64,000 nucleotides of DNA from Spirochaetaceae bacterium (GTDB lineage: Bacteria > Spirochaetota > Spirochaetia > DSM-2461): NCBI GenBank assembly GCA_051531975.1, contig JAOPTT010000008.1, positions 73,263 to 137,262 on the forward strand, given 5' to 3'. The notes beneath the pieces were generated by a model that saw nothing but the letters and a program-made list of their open reading frames with translations, was not told the origin of the DNA and ran no database searches. The position numbers were made by a program, and so were the translations under genes. Shown one piece after another: positions 38,376-49,992 of the stretch (its first letter is position 1; every line of letters starts with the position of its first letter).

Positions 38376-38855
38376 ATGAAAAAATTATTTACGATAATTG
38401 CTGTATTATTTATTGCATTACCAATATTTAGTAATAGTACGATGTTAGAAGATACCATATGGGTAATTTCATATATGGATGGAGAAGAAGTAGTTGATAA
38501 CCAAATTGAACAAAGTTTTGGAGATATCGATGGTGATGGTATTGAAGAAAAGATGCTAATGAAAATGTATATGACATTTAAAGAGCCAAAAGTCAGAATA
38601 TATATTAAAATTGATACTTTAGGAACTCCTGGTGTATTAGAAGGTATGGGTTTAGAACCAACCTTTACATTCACTGAAGCTGACTATACTATTTCTGGTA
38701 ATTTCATAACTGTTGAAGGTGAAGCTTCAGAATTTGAAATAAATGATAATGTACTAACATTAGATCCTAATAAAGAAGATAAAATGTCATTAGTTCCAAT
38801 TAGTTCTGTCGATTTATCTGAAGCTGTGTCTTCTGTAGAACTTCAAAATAATTAA
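38376..38855 (+). CDS. Exported acidic hypothetical protein
   Basis: Signal peptide; beta-rich; DIDGDG motif. Confidence 0.7.
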   Translation: MKKLFTIIAVLFIALPIFSNSTMLEDTIWVISYMDGEEVVDNQIEQSFGDIDGDGIEEKMLMKMYMTFKEPKVRIYIKIDTLGTPGVLEGMGLEPTFTFTEADYTISGNFITVEGEASEFEINDNVLTLDPNKEDKMSLVPISSVDLSEAVSSVELQNN

Positions 38856-38869
38856 GTATATCGTTTATA

Positions 38870-38911
38870 TTATTGTACAACTAATTATATATATAGTTAG
38901 TTGCACAATAA
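38870..38911. terminator. Long hairpin between convergent genes, possibly a bidirectional terminator
   Basis: TTATTGTACAACTAA...TTAGTTGCACAATAA, 15-bp arms with one mismatch. Confidence 0.65.
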
Positions 38912-38933
38912 GTTACTATTCTACTTTCTTTTT

Positions 38934-40772
38934 TTAACATTTCGTAAAATTTTGCTTACCTCTGCTTCTTTGTTGTTTACCTTTTTTTGAAGGCTGAGGA
39001 ATTAAAGCCTTATTTCCTGTACCAATCAGATCAGATCGTCCAGCTTCTTGTAGCGCCTTTAAAACTGTTAGATAATTCTCAGGTCTATTAAATTGTAATA
39101 ATGCTCTTTGATACTGTTTATCTTTATGTTCTGTAGCTACAAATACCTTTTTACCTGTTTCAGGATTAATTCCTGTGTAGAACATTGCAGTAGATAGAGT
39201 TCCTGGTGTTGGATAAAAGTCCTGAACCTGATCAGGTGTAAAACCTAATGTTTTAAGATATTCCGCAAGTTTTATACCATCTTGTAGTGTAGATCCTGGA
39301 TGGCTTGATATAAAATAGGGTATGAAAAACTGTTTCTTACCAAGTTTTTTATTAAAAGCCTGAAATTTCGAAATAAATCTTTCGAACACTTCGTGTTTAG
39401 GTTTACCCATAACTTTTAAAACACTGTTTGAGACATGCTCTGGTGCTATCTTTAACTGGCCACTAATATGATGCTCACATAGCTCCTTAAAAAATGAATC
39501 ATCACTGTCCTTTAATAGATAATCAAATCTAAGACCTGATCGGATAAATACTTTTTTAATACCAGGAATTTGTCTCATATTTCTTAACATCTTAAGATAT
39601 TCACTATGGTCAACTTTAACATTGGAACACATCTCATGACCTAAACAATCTTTTTCTGGACAAGAACCTTTAGCTTTTTGTTTGTCACAAGCAGCTTCAG
39701 TAAAATTTGCTGTTGGTCCTCCAACATCGTGAATATAACCTTTGAAATTTTTATTTGAGGTTAGCTCTTTAGCCTCTTTTAAAACAGACTCTGAACTTCT
39801 AGAAGTTACAATTCGACCTTGGTGAAATGTTAAAGCACAAAAACTACAGCTACCAAAACAACCTCTGTTATTAGTTATGGAAAACTCAACTTCTTTTAAA
39901 GCTGGAACACCACCATCTTTTTCATATATAGGATGGTAAGTTTTGGTATAAGGAAGGGTATAAACAGCATCAAAATCCTCTTTTTTTAGGGGGAAACTTG
40001 GCCTATTTTGAATAACATATCTACTACCATCTTTTTCTGCTAATACTTTCCCTGTGAAAGGGTCAGTATTTTTATGTTGTATATAAAAGCTATCTGAAAA
40101 CTTCTGTTTATCTGTTTTAATATCTTCAAAGGTAGGTAGTTCTACAGCATCTTTTGGAAGTTTAGAAGTAGCATAAACTGTACCTCTAACATCTGTGATC
40201 TCCTTAATACCTTTACCTTTTTTTAATTTTTTTGCAATTTCAACTATTGGATATTCACCCATACCATAAATTAGCAAGTCAGCTTTAGAATCTAATAATA
40301 TCGAGTGTCTCACCTTATTAGACCAATAATCATAATGTCCTAAACGTCTTAAAGATGATTCAATTCCACCAACAATTACTGGAATTCCTTTATATGCTTG
40401 TTTAATTTTTGAAGTATAAACAATTGTGGCCCTATCTGGTCTATGTCCAGATTCTCCACCTGGAGAGTAACTATCTTGACGTCTAATTTTTTTATTTACA
40501 GTATAATGATTCACCATACTATCGATATTACCAGGAGATACTAAGAACGCATATTTAGGTTGTCCTAATATTCTAAAATTTTCAACATTGGTCCAGTCCG
40601 GCTGTGGGATTATACCAACTTTAAAGCCTTCACGCTCTAAAACTCTTGAAATTATTGCGTGACCAAATGATGGATGATCGATATATGCATCTCCACTTAC
40701 AAGGATAAAATCTAATTCGTCCCAACCTCTAGCTTCCATATCTTGTTTATTTATAGGTAAAAAATCTGTCAT
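38934..40772 (-). CDS. ygiQ: YgiQ family radical SAM protein
   Basis: [57 protein letters not shown]. Confidence 0.93.
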   Translation of the reverse strand: MTDFLPINKQDMEARGWDELDFILVSGDAYIDHPSFGHAIISRVLEREGFKVGIIPQPDWTNVENFRILGQPKYAFLVSPGNIDSMVNHYTVNKKIRRQDSYSPGGESGHRPDRATIVYTSKIKQAYKGIPVIVGGIESSLRRLGHYDYWSNKVRHSILLDSKADLLIYGMGEYPIVEIAKKLKKGKGIKEITDVRGTVYATSKLPKDAVELPTFEDIKTDKQKFSDSFYIQHKNTDPFTGKVLAEKDGSRYVIQNRPSFPLKKEDFDAVYTLPYTKTYHPIYEKDGGVPALKEVEFSITNNRGCFGSCSFCALTFHQGRIVTSRSSESVLKEAKELTSNKNFKGYIHDVGGPTANFTEAACDKQKAKGSCPEKDCLGHEMCSNVKVDHSEYLKMLRNMRQIPGIKKVFIRSGLRFDYLLKDSDDSFFKELCEHHISGQLKIAPEHVSNSVLKVMGKPKHEVFERFISKFQAFNKKLGKKQFFIPYFISSHPGSTLQDGIKLAEYLKTLGFTPDQVQDFYPTPGTLSTAMFYTGINPETGKKVFVATEHKDKQYQRALLQFNRPENYLTVLKALQEAGRSDLIGTGNKALIPQPSKKGKQQRSRGKQNFTKC

Positions 40773-40830
40773 GAGGCAACTCTAACACTTTTTATATACA
40801 TATTTCTATACAGTTGGTGTACAATAAGGC

Positions 40831-41583
40831 ATGAAATATGAATTAGAAACAATCCCTGTTTGGGATGCATTTAAAGCAGAATGTGAATGTCCAATATGCC
40901 TATTAAATAATAAGGCAGAAGCGACTTACCTTAAGTTCTATTTAGGAAACTCTGTAATGGTTCCTGAACAGAGAGTTGAAGTAAATAAAACTGGATTTTG
41001 CCCCGACCATTATCAGAAACTTTTAAAAAAAAGAAGTCCACATTATTTAGGATTAATGACACATACACATTTCAAGAAGTATAGAGAGGAATTAACTAGT
41101 CAGTTAAATAAGATCCAAAAGTGTGCTGTTACTGCTTCGAAAAAAATGAATACTCCACTAAAAGATAAAAAACTTAGTGAATCTTTAGAAATACTTAAAA
41201 ACCTTATTGCTAAAAAAGAAGATGAATGTCTAATATGTAACAAAATAGAATACACCATGAAGAGATATGTATTTACAACAATTTATCTTTGGAAAAAAAA
41301 TCCAGAGTTCAAAGATTATTTTAACAGGTCAAAAGGATTTTGTCTGATTCATCAATCGTTAATTGCCCAAATGGCATCGGATTATCTAAATGGGAAAGAG
41401 TTAGGGGATTTTGCTTTGGATTTAGTGAAAATTCAACAGACAAATCTTCAAAGGTTAGAAGATGAGATTTTATATTTTACTCAGAAGTTTAGTCAGGAAA
41501 ACGACGATAAACCTTGGAATGGGACAAAAGACGCCCATTATAGGCTTGTTCAAAAAATAACAGGTAAAACTACAGATTATTAG
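40831..41583 (+). CDS. DUF6062-like Cys/His-rich protein
   Basis: ECPIC, GFCPDH, ECLIC, GFCLIH duplicated motifs. Confidence 0.75.
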   Translation: MKYELETIPVWDAFKAECECPICLLNNKAEATYLKFYLGNSVMVPEQRVEVNKTGFCPDHYQKLLKKRSPHYLGLMTHTHFKKYREELTSQLNKIQKCAVTASKKMNTPLKDKKLSESLEILKNLIAKKEDECLICNKIEYTMKRYVFTTIYLWKKNPEFKDYFNRSKGFCLIHQSLIAQMASDYLNGKELGDFALDLVKIQQTNLQRLEDEILYFTQKFSQENDDKPWNGTKDAHYRLVQKITGKTTDY

Positions 41584-41923
41584 TTTTTTTTAGTATAACC
41601 AACCCTGACAAAAGGGTTGGTATTAATAAAACAAAATAAAACAGAGAGTATATATTAAAAATATATATTATATTAAAAAGATAAATAGCACTGGATATAA
41701 AAAATGCCACTGCTACAATTCTCAAAAATAGAACCCTTTTAAATCTTAAAATATCATTTAGTAAATATATACAAAAAATAAATAGGAGTCCTACAACAGC
41801 GAGCCATCTTAAACTAAGTTGTCCATCTATTTTTGGTAATACTGCAAACAGTAAACCAAACTGAAACACCATATTAAAAAGCCACATTATAGCAAATAAA
41901 AATCTCAGTTTGGTTCGCATCAA
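41570..41923 (-). CDS. Small multi-pass membrane protein
   Basis: About four hydrophobic segments; directly follows valS. Confidence 0.65.
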   Translation of the reverse strand: MMRTKLRFLFAIMWLFNMVFQFGLLFAVLPKIDGQLSLRWLAVVGLLFIFCIYLLNDILRFKRVLFLRIVAVAFFISSAIYLFNIIYIFNIYSLFYFVLLIPTLLSGLVILKKTNNL

Positions 41924-41925
41924 TA

Positions 41926-44574
41926 TTATCCTTCTAATCCTTTTAAGTGAGCAGTCATCTTTTCTACAGCAAATGTAAACTCTTCTAATTTACTATTTTC
42001 CTTAGCAATAATTTCAGGTTTTGCTCTAGAAGTGAAGTTCTCGTTAGAAAGTTTCTTCTCTGTTTGCTCTTTCAATTTAAGGTTTTTTGCTAGATCTTTT
42101 TTTAGTTTTGCAATTTCAGCGACCACATCAATTACATCTTTAATATATACAAATGCTTCAAAACCATTACCTACAACTGCGATAGCACCATCTGTAGAGT
42201 CAGAACCAGACATCAATTCTAGGTCATTTGAACCTGATAAAGATCCTAATAACTTAGTTTCATTACCAAAAAATTCTTCACCATGAAAACCTTTATCACA
42301 CTTAACTCGGACTTTAATCTTTTTTCCAGGAGGTAAGTTAAACTCGCCTCTTAGTGTTCTAACAGATTGAACTAACTCTTTTAAGGACTCAAAAGCATTA
42401 GCTGTTTTAACATCTTCTCTTTCTACTTTTACTATAGGGTAATCAGCAATTATTAATGCACCATTATCTAGTGGTAGTTTCTGATATATTTCTTCCGTAA
42501 TAAAAGATAAAAATGGATGAAGTAGCCTTAAAGACTCTTCTAAGATGTTTACAAGCATTGTAACAGCTTTATCTTTTGTTTTTTCATTATCACTATATAG
42601 TTCTAGTTTACTACTCTCTACATACCAATCACAGAAATCATTCCAGAAAAAGTCGTAACAAGCATGGGTCATATCGTCAAATCTGTAAGCTTCAAATGCC
42701 TTTGTCACATCTTTTACAGTTTGATTCAGTCTATGATATATCCACTTATCTGCACCGGTTAATTCAATCTCATCACTGCTTAAAAGTTCTCGACCTTCAA
42801 GGTTCATTAAAATGTATCTAGAGGCGTTCCAAATTTTATTACAAAACTTACTACCAATTTTACAAGTATCACTTCCAAAAGGAATATCTTGACCTTGTGC
42901 AGACAAGTAAGCCAAAGTAAATTTAAGAGCATCGGCACCAAATTCGTCTATAACAACAAGGGGATCAATACCATTACCTAAAGACTTACTCATTTTTCGA
43001 CCTTTACTATCTCTAATAAGTGGGGTTAAGTAGATATCTTTAAATGGTGCTTTACCTGTAAATTCCTTACCAGCCATAACCATTCTTGCAACCCAGAAGA
43101 ATATAATATCGTATCCAGTTACTAAAGTTGACGTAGGATAAAATTTATCTACATCCGCTGTCTTCTCTGGCCACCCTAAAGTTGAAAATGGCCATAACCA
43201 TGATGAAAACCATGTATCTAGAACATCATTATCTTGTCTTATTTTTTTAGAATTACATTTAGTACAATTTTCTGGAGAATCTTTTTCAACCATCATTTCG
43301 CCACAATCTTCACAGTAATACACTGGGATTCGATGTCCCCACCATAACTGTCTAGATATACACCAGTCTCTAATGTTATCCATCCAGTTTTTATATGTAC
43401 TATCCCATTTTTTTGGAAAGAACTTAATTTCTTCATCTTCCCATGCTTGAATCGCTTGATCAGCCAACGGCTGCATTCGAACAAACCACTGCTCAGACAT
43501 ATATGGTTCAACTACAGTTTTACAACGGTAACAGTGTCCAACCTGATGAGGTTTCTCAACTTCACCAATAAAAAGACCAACTTCAGTTAAATCAAATATA
43601 ACTAAACCCCTAGCGTCTTTACATGTTTTACCACGATATTTTTCTGGTACATTACTATTAAGTGTTCCATCAGGGTTTAAAATGTTTAGTTTTTCTAAAT
43701 TATGTCTCTCACCTATCTCCCAGTCATTAGGATCATGGGCTGGTGTTACTTTAAGAGCACCTGTTCCAAGTTCAATATCAACATAGCTGTCACCTATTAT
43801 TTTAACAGTTCTATTAGATAAAGGTAGTTCTAACTCTTTACCAATAAAATCTGAATACCTTGGATCTTCAGGGTTTACGGCAACAGCAGTATCACCAAAC
43901 AGTGTTTCTGGTCTAGTTGTAGCAATTGTTAAAAACTTATCCTCACCAACAACTTTATATTTAATACTATATAATTTACCTTGCTTTTCTTCATGGTCTA
44001 CTTCGTCGTCTGCTAAAGCTGTTCCACAAGATGGACACCAGTTTACTAAATACTCACCTCTATAAATTAGATCTTTTTTATATAGATTAACAAAAACTTC
44101 TTTAACAGCTTCAGTTAAACCATCGTCCATAGTAAATCGTTCCCTAGACCAATCACAAGATGCACCTAACTTTCGTAATTGTTTTGTAATTACACTGTGG
44201 TGATCTTCCTTAACCTGCCAAACTCTTTCAAGAAATTTCTCTCTACCAAGATCATGTCGTCCAAGACCCTCTTTTTTTAGCTGACGCTCAACAACATTCT
44301 GAGTTGCTATACCTGCATGGTCTGTACCAGGAACCCATAACGTAGGTCTTCCTAACATTCTATTATATCTAATTAAAATATCTTGTAGAGTATTGTTTAA
44401 ACCGTGTCCCATATGTAGAACCCCAGTAACATTTGGAGGAGGAATGACGACGGTAAAAGGCTCTTTTTCACTGTTTTCGTTTGGTTTGAAGTAATTGTTT
44501 TCTTCCCAGAACTTGTATAACCTATCTTCGAAGTCTTTAGGATTATACGCCTTTTCCATTTCTATAGCTTTCAT
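41926..44574 (-). CDS. valS: Valine--tRNA ligase
   Basis: PPPNVTG.LHMGH, GTDHAGIATQ, WCISRQLWWGH, KMSKS. Confidence 0.98.
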   Translation of the reverse strand: MKAIEMEKAYNPKDFEDRLYKFWEENNYFKPNENSEKEPFTVVIPPPNVTGVLHMGHGLNNTLQDILIRYNRMLGRPTLWVPGTDHAGIATQNVVERQLKKEGLGRHDLGREKFLERVWQVKEDHHSVITKQLRKLGASCDWSRERFTMDDGLTEAVKEVFVNLYKKDLIYRGEYLVNWCPSCGTALADDEVDHEEKQGKLYSIKYKVVGEDKFLTIATTRPETLFGDTAVAVNPEDPRYSDFIGKELELPLSNRTVKIIGDSYVDIELGTGALKVTPAHDPNDWEIGERHNLEKLNILNPDGTLNSNVPEKYRGKTCKDARGLVIFDLTEVGLFIGEVEKPHQVGHCYRCKTVVEPYMSEQWFVRMQPLADQAIQAWEDEEIKFFPKKWDSTYKNWMDNIRDWCISRQLWWGHRIPVYYCEDCGEMMVEKDSPENCTKCNSKKIRQDNDVLDTWFSSWLWPFSTLGWPEKTADVDKFYPTSTLVTGYDIIFFWVARMVMAGKEFTGKAPFKDIYLTPLIRDSKGRKMSKSLGNGIDPLVVIDEFGADALKFTLAYLSAQGQDIPFGSDTCKIGSKFCNKIWNASRYILMNLEGRELLSSDEIELTGADKWIYHRLNQTVKDVTKAFEAYRFDDMTHACYDFFWNDFCDWYVESSKLELYSDNEKTKDKAVTMLVNILEESLRLLHPFLSFITEEIYQKLPLDNGALIIADYPIVKVEREDVKTANAFESLKELVQSVRTLRGEFNLPPGKKIKVRVKCDKGFHGEEFFGNETKLLGSLSGSNDLELMSGSDSTDGAIAVVGNGFEAFVYIKDVIDVVAEIAKLKKDLAKNLKLKEQTEKKLSNENFTSRAKPEIIAKENSKLEEFTFAVEKMTAHLKGLEG

Positions 44575-44628
44575 ATTAGCTCCTCTAAATCATTGTAAGA
44601 GCATAATAACAAAAGTAAGGGTTCTGGT

Positions 44629-45840
44629 CTATATTCGTTTTTTCTTTATTCTATCCATTTTTCTAAAATAGATACTTTGAGAATGGATTTCAGAAACATC
44701 TGAAGTTTGTAGTTTTCCTTCTTTCTCTGAAATACGAGGGTTTTTAAGAAATTCTTTTAATGGTTCATCTACTGATTCTCTTGGGATACCAACAATACTA
44801 ACTAACTCTTTTATACCAAAATTAAACTTAAAAGTTTCTTTGGAATTATATTTAGCATTCATTTTTTCTAATTCTACTGATAACCAGTCGTATAAACGTC
44901 CTAAATGATCATCTATATTTGAATTCTCTATAAGTTTTGTTGTTCCCCATATTCGTTCTGCTAATAATATTGTAAGTTTAGTAACAATCTGAGGTTGCTC
45001 AGATACCATCTTTTTAAAATTACTTCTACTAATAACCATAAGTTGGGAGTTTTCATTACTGATTGCTGCTGCAGATCTAGGTTTATCTTCTAATAGTGCC
45101 ATCTCTCCAAACATATCACCAGGTTTTAAAATTGCCAATATAATTTCTTTATCATCAACAATTTTAGTTATTTTAACAGTTCCTTTCTGAATGATATAAA
45201 GTTCTGATCCTTTTTGACCCTCACCAAAGATCATGCAATCTTGGGGGTAAACTCTATTAAATGAGCTATCACCGTCAATAGCTACTTGAGTTTTAGCATA
45301 CGGTGTAATTTTTGCTAATCTCTGTGTTGCTTTTGCAACATTTGCACCGTTTGGAGCTTCTTCTAGATATTTTTTATATAAAAAGTAAGCTTCATTAAAT
45401 CTATTTGTTCTAATATATAGTTCAGCTGAAGTAAAAAGTGTATGAGAACCTAGTTCATCCCCGGAATCATTAGTTTTTCTAACTAATTCTTTATTTAATA
45501 TTCTAACACGCTGGGAGAAACCATTAATAATATTCATAGCAACTGCAGTATTGTTTTGTATTAAAAACTGGAATTGATCTTTTTTGACGGTTATTATTTT
45601 AACCTCTTCAAGGGCTAAAGCGGTATCAATATGAGGATGATGACTCATAGTGGAAACAACACCAAAAAAGTCTCCAGGTTTTAATACAATTGCCTTAGAT
45701 TCTCCTTTGATGTCAATTTCTTTGGTAACACGCACAGTTCCGGAACGAATAATATAAAAACATTCAGCTTTATGTTCCCCAATTGTTGTGATATAAGCGC
45801 CTTTACGACAAGACATTATTCCTAACTGTGCATTAGCCAT
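44629..45840 (-). CDS. Tandem cNMP-binding domain protein with central TPR-like segment (Crp/Fnr-like)
   Basis: Two cNMP folds (PGDFFGVV; PGDMFGEMALLEDKPRSA), only the second canonical. Confidence 0.85.
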   Translation of the reverse strand: MANAQLGIMSCRKGAYITTIGEHKAECFYIIRSGTVRVTKEIDIKGESKAIVLKPGDFFGVVSTMSHHPHIDTALALEEVKIITVKKDQFQFLIQNNTAVAMNIINGFSQRVRILNKELVRKTNDSGDELGSHTLFTSAELYIRTNRFNEAYFLYKKYLEEAPNGANVAKATQRLAKITPYAKTQVAIDGDSSFNRVYPQDCMIFGEGQKGSELYIIQKGTVKITKIVDDKEIILAILKPGDMFGEMALLEDKPRSAAAISNENSQLMVISRSNFKKMVSEQPQIVTKLTILLAERIWGTTKLIENSNIDDHLGRLYDWLSVELEKMNAKYNSKETFKFNFGIKELVSIVGIPRESVDEPLKEFLKNPRISEKEGKLQTSDVSEIHSQSIYFRKMDRIKKKRI

Positions 45841-45880
45841 ATAACCCTCTACTCTTTTTAATTATATTTATATTATATAC

Positions 45881-47173
45881 TTAAAGTTCAGGATAAAGTG
45901 GGAATTTTTTACAAAGAGTTCCAACTTTTTCTTTTACTCCATTAATTATCGTTTTATCACCACCAGATTTTAGTACATCAACAATATACTGAGCGATTTC
46001 ACCCATCTGATCTTCTTTCATTCCTCTAGTAGTAATAGCAGGTGTACCAATTCTAATACCAGAAGTTACAAATGGACTCCTAGTTTCAAATGGTATTGTA
46101 TTTTTATTTACAGTAATTCCAGCTTCATCTAATAGTGCTTCAGCTACTTTACCAGTAACATCTAATGCTGTCAGATCTACAAGTGATAAATGGTTATCAG
46201 TTCCACCAGATACAATTCTAGCTCCTAAACTTGTTAATGCATCACTTAATACTGATGAGTTCTTAACAACTTGTTCCTGATATAATTTAAAATCTGGAGT
46301 TAAAGCTTCTTGAAAAGCAGCAGCTTTAGCAGCAATTATATGCATTAAAGGTCCACCCTGACATCCTGGGAAAATAGCACCATCGACAAGTTCAGAAAAC
46401 ATCTTAACTCTGCCAGATTTTGCTGCCACAGCTCCCATGTCATTTTGACGGTCTTTACCCATAAGGATCATACCACCTCTAGGACCTCTAAGAGTTTTAT
46501 GTGTAGTTGATGTAGTAAAGTCAGAATACATAACTGGAGATGGATGTACACCACCAGCAACTAAACCAGCGATATGTGCCATATCAGTCATTAAATAGGC
46601 TCCAACTTCATCTGCTATCTCTCTAAATTTCTTAAAATCAATAATTCTAGAATATGCAGAAGCTCCAGCAACAATTAGTTTTGGTTTAACCTGTTTAGCT
46701 TGTGCCATTAAAGCATCATAATCAATTGTCTCAGTGTCTTTAGAAACACCGTAACTTGTAAAGTTATATAATTGTCCTGAAAAGTTAACTGGAGAACCAT
46801 GGGTTAAATGTCCACCATGGGAAAGATCCATACCTAAAACCGTATCACCTGGTTTTAAAATAGTTAAATAGACACCCATGTTAGCTTGGCTACCTGAGTG
46901 GGGCTGTACATTAACATATTCACAACCAAAAATCTCTTTTGCTCTATCTCTAGCAATATTTTCAGTTATATCAACTTTTTCACAACCACCATAATATCTT
47001 TTTGAAGGATAACCTTCAGCATATTTATTAGTCAATACAGAACCAGCAGCCTCTAATACTGCCCGGGAGACAATATTTTCAGATGCAATTAATTCTAAAT
47101 TACCTCGTTGTCTTACTAATTCCTTATTCATTGCTTCAAAAAGCTCTGGGTCTGTAGCCTTTAAGTTTTTCAT
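45881..47173 (-). CDS. glyA: Serine hydroxymethyltransferase
   Basis: [42 protein letters not shown]. Confidence 0.98.
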   Translation of the reverse strand: MKNLKATDPELFEAMNKELVRQRGNLELIASENIVSRAVLEAAGSVLTNKYAEGYPSKRYYGGCEKVDITENIARDRAKEIFGCEYVNVQPHSGSQANMGVYLTILKPGDTVLGMDLSHGGHLTHGSPVNFSGQLYNFTSYGVSKDTETIDYDALMAQAKQVKPKLIVAGASAYSRIIDFKKFREIADEVGAYLMTDMAHIAGLVAGGVHPSPVMYSDFTTSTTHKTLRGPRGGMILMGKDRQNDMGAVAAKSGRVKMFSELVDGAIFPGCQGGPLMHIIAAKAAAFQEALTPDFKLYQEQVVKNSSVLSDALTSLGARIVSGGTDNHLSLVDLTALDVTGKVAEALLDEAGITVNKNTIPFETRSPFVTSGIRIGTPAITTRGMKEDQMGEIAQYIVDVLKSGGDKTIINGVKEKVGTLCKKFPLYPEL

Positions 47174-47188
47174 ATTTACTCCTGTTAA

Positions 47189-48727
47189 TTATTTTACTTC
47201 TATATTATGCCATATGGCTTCATAACTTTCTATATTACCCTGAGAATTACTTATACAATTTTGCAGTGCATAAAAATCTTCTTCATATTTATCACTTTGA
47301 TACTCAATTTTTGTTACACCCTTAGAAAATCCTATTCTATTATTTTCTAAAAAGCCAATATTATAATCACTATTTTTATTTATTTCTAAGAGATCTAAAG
47401 GAATCCACCCACCATTTGGTAAATAAAACTCCAACCATTGGTAATTTACTACCTCTTCAGAAACAGTAATACCTTTGATAATTCGAGTTGGAATTCCTAT
47501 ACTTCTTAACATCGAGCAAGCCAGGTTAACAAGTCCAAACTCAGATACGGCTCTGTTTTTAAAACCAATCTTTGAATCACTAACACCATTATCCTGGGTT
47601 TTAATATATTTTAAAACCCAATTTATTATGGATTCGACCTGAGTTAATCTGTTATTAGTGTTACGAACAATCCAAGATGCTGTGTTATATATGTCCTTAT
47701 CAGATTTATCAACAAATGGGATAAACTTAAATCCCATTAAATAATCAGGAGATTTTTTATTATAAATTCTACCGATTAAATCTTTTCTGATTTTAACTTC
47801 TATTGAACTAATAGTGACTTCTGTTTCTAATTCTATAATACTCTCATAACCACTTTCGTTAATTTCAATAAAATGGTCATAGGTATTTTTTTCTATATTA
47901 AATATACCCGATTCTGAATGTAATGAAATATCTTTTTGGTTATAATCCCCATATACACATGGTACAAAAAGATTTATAAAACTTTTATTTAATGCAACAA
48001 CACTGTTCAGCTCAATTTTTTGTTTCAGATGATATATGATGTTATCCTTCTGCATATATAATATTGCTGGTGTATTATTATTATGAAGTGTCCAATCGTT
48101 ACTTATTCCAATATTATTAACAACACTTAGAATAATATTATCAATCCCATATGGTAAGTTAAAAACAATCGAATCATCATTCCAACTTATAATTGAATTT
48201 ATATTTATATCAATGACATCCCCGGTTAAACCAGTAACAAGTAGAGAAGAGCTCTCTCTTTTAGTTCCAAACCCCCGCCCAGAAATTATTATTTTAAGAT
48301 CAGAATCATCAGTATAATTTACTGATTCAATATATGGATAACCAGCTCTAGATCCTTCTAATTTAATTTTAGGAACATCGTTTAAACTTGTTATTAAATA
48401 TGAATTACTTTCTCCAAACATATTAATGACTGTAATCATTCCAGATTTAAAATCATCAGTTAGAGTTAATTCTATTTCATTATCATCCCATGATTTGATG
48501 AATTTACTAAAAACCATTTTCTCATTTATAAAAACTCGACCTCTAGAAATTTCACCACCAAAATAATTACCATACAAAGTAATTGTTTCTCCAGGATAAG
48601 CGGCACTTACTGATAAACTGTTTAGTTCTGGTGTTCTACCAATGCTTTTTACATTTATTAATAAAATTAATAACAATACAAACAGTACTGAAAGAAGTGC
48701 CCCTATTATCTTTTTATTTAATCTCAA
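47189..48727 (-). CDS. Membrane-anchored IPT/TIG plus transglutaminase-like domain protein, apparently lacking catalytic residues
   Basis: N-terminal TM; two ITLYG.YFG/IIISGRGFG...SW.D..I repeats; LRSIGIPTR...G, WLEFY...GGWIPLD. Confidence 0.75.
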   Translation of the reverse strand: MRLNKKIIGALLSVLFVLLLILLINVKSIGRTPELNSLSVSAAYPGETITLYGNYFGGEISRGRVFINEKMVFSKFIKSWDDNEIELTLTDDFKSGMITVINMFGESNSYLITSLNDVPKIKLEGSRAGYPYIESVNYTDDSDLKIIISGRGFGTKRESSSLLVTGLTGDVIDININSIISWNDDSIVFNLPYGIDNIILSVVNNIGISNDWTLHNNNTPAILYMQKDNIIYHLKQKIELNSVVALNKSFINLFVPCVYGDYNQKDISLHSESGIFNIEKNTYDHFIEINESGYESIIELETEVTISSIEVKIRKDLIGRIYNKKSPDYLMGFKFIPFVDKSDKDIYNTASWIVRNTNNRLTQVESIINWVLKYIKTQDNGVSDSKIGFKNRAVSEFGLVNLACSMLRSIGIPTRIIKGITVSEEVVNYQWLEFYLPNGGWIPLDLLEINKNSDYNIGFLENNRIGFSKGVTKIEYQSDKYEEDFYALQNCISNSQGNIESYEAIWHNIEVK

Positions 48728-49155
48728 ACATCGTCTCCGTTATGTTTAATCAACTTTAATTCCATTATAACCTTGGGATTAACGTCTGTATCTCCTAGAG
48801 GAAAAAATAAAATATCTTTATTAAAGCTTGTAACTATCTCTTTACTGCTCGATTGAATAATGTCTTCCGTTTCTAAACTTGTCACGATACATGATGTTTG
48901 TAAAAGTATGTTTTTTTTGTCCATAACAATAGGATTTAGGGTAGCAGTTAAATTACCATCATATCCATTTAAACTGATACTAATGCTACGATTACTTATG
49001 GTATATTTTGTTAAATCAACACTCCATAATTCATTAGCATCTGAATCAACAATTTTAATTTTAACATCAATTTGTAAAAGCCCTGAAACGTCAAAATCTC
49101 CTGCCCAAATAATTGATGGGAAGATGAAAAGAAGTAAGTAAAAGGATTTAATCAT
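48724..49155 (-). CDS. Exported hypothetical protein
   Basis: Signal peptide; LFFPLG; coupled within the ECF operon. Confidence 0.7.
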   Translation of the reverse strand: MIKSFYLLLFIFPSIIWAGDFDVSGLLQIDVKIKIVDSDANELWSVDLTKYTISNRSISISLNGYDGNLTATLNPIVMDKKNILLQTSCIVTSLETEDIIQSSSKEIVTSFNKDILFFPLGDTDVNPKVIMELKLIKHNGDDV

Positions 49156-49496
49156 AACTCTCCTTTAGTAAACTCAAAATTAGAAATTAGAGTTGAATCT
49201 CCAGCGGACATTATTGATAAAGATTGTGGAACTTCTATAATTGTTTCACTATCTAATTGATCATTTCTAAGATATTTTTCTAAGCTATTATAATCGATAT
49301 CTCCTTGGAGACCTGAATTGTTAAATATTAATATATTTTTTAGATATAATGCAGTGCAACATGTAGTAAAAATAAATAGGCAGAGGAACAATGAATATTG
49401 ATAAATACTTGGCTTTCTCTTCTTCTCTCTTATTGCCCCTTCTATCCGATTTCTAATTTCTATTTTACTATTAGAAAAATTAGGTAGAGTATCCAT
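49152..49496 (-). CDS. Single-pass membrane protein, probable anti-sigma factor
   Basis: Directly follows ECF sigma; one TM helix. Confidence 0.55.
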   Translation of the reverse strand: MDTLPNFSNSKIEIRNRIEGAIREKKRKPSIYQYSLFLCLFIFTTCCTALYLKNILIFNNSGLQGDIDYNSLEKYLRNDQLDSETIIEVPQSLSIMSAGDSTLISNFEFTKGEL

Positions 49497-49497
49497 G

Positions 49498-49992
49498 TTA
49501 AATCTCCTTAATCTTTTCTTTAAACATATTCTTAGCTCTATGTATCAAAACCTTTACATTTGATTCTGAAACTTTTAACAATTTTGAAATTTCTAAATAA
49601 CTTAAAAATTCATATTCTTTTAAAATTAATGGAAGCCTATATTTATAAGGTATCAACAGAAGTGCTTTTTGTATATCAGAAATTTCCTCTTTTTTTAATA
49701 AAGAAGTCAAACCTGTCTCATTTTCGTAAGATCGGTTCTCATTTTTGTAATCTCTGAATATTCTACGTTCAACTTTCCTTCTTTTTTCGTAGTTTATAGA
49801 TAGGTTCTTTACAATCTTAATAAGATAAAAAGTTGCTTTATCATCTTCTTTTTTGTCTTTATATTTTTCAAAATACTTAATAAAAGCATCTTGACATAGG
49901 TCCTCTGCTGTCTCTTTATCTCCAGTAAATCTATATGCGATTCTTATAATTATATCAAAGTTATCATCATATATTGAGTTAAATGTAGACAC
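49498..49992 (-). CDS. ECF RNA polymerase sigma factor
   Basis: AEDLCQDAF (region 2), LILKEY..LSY.EI..LL..SE.NVKV.IHRA (region 4); GTG start overlaps cysS stop. Confidence 0.9.
   Translation of the reverse strand: MSTFNSIYDDNFDIIIRIAYRFTGDKETAEDLCQDAFIKYFEKYKDKKEDDKATFYLIKIVKNLSINYEKRRKVERRIFRDYKNENRSYENETGLTSLLKKEEISDIQKALLLIPYKYRLPLILKEYEFLSYLEISKLLKVSESNVKVLIHRAKNMFKEKIKEI

Noticed and set aside
38525..38545. DIDGDG calcium-binding motif as a notable feature
   Set aside because: A single short motif in an acidic protein is too weak to interpret
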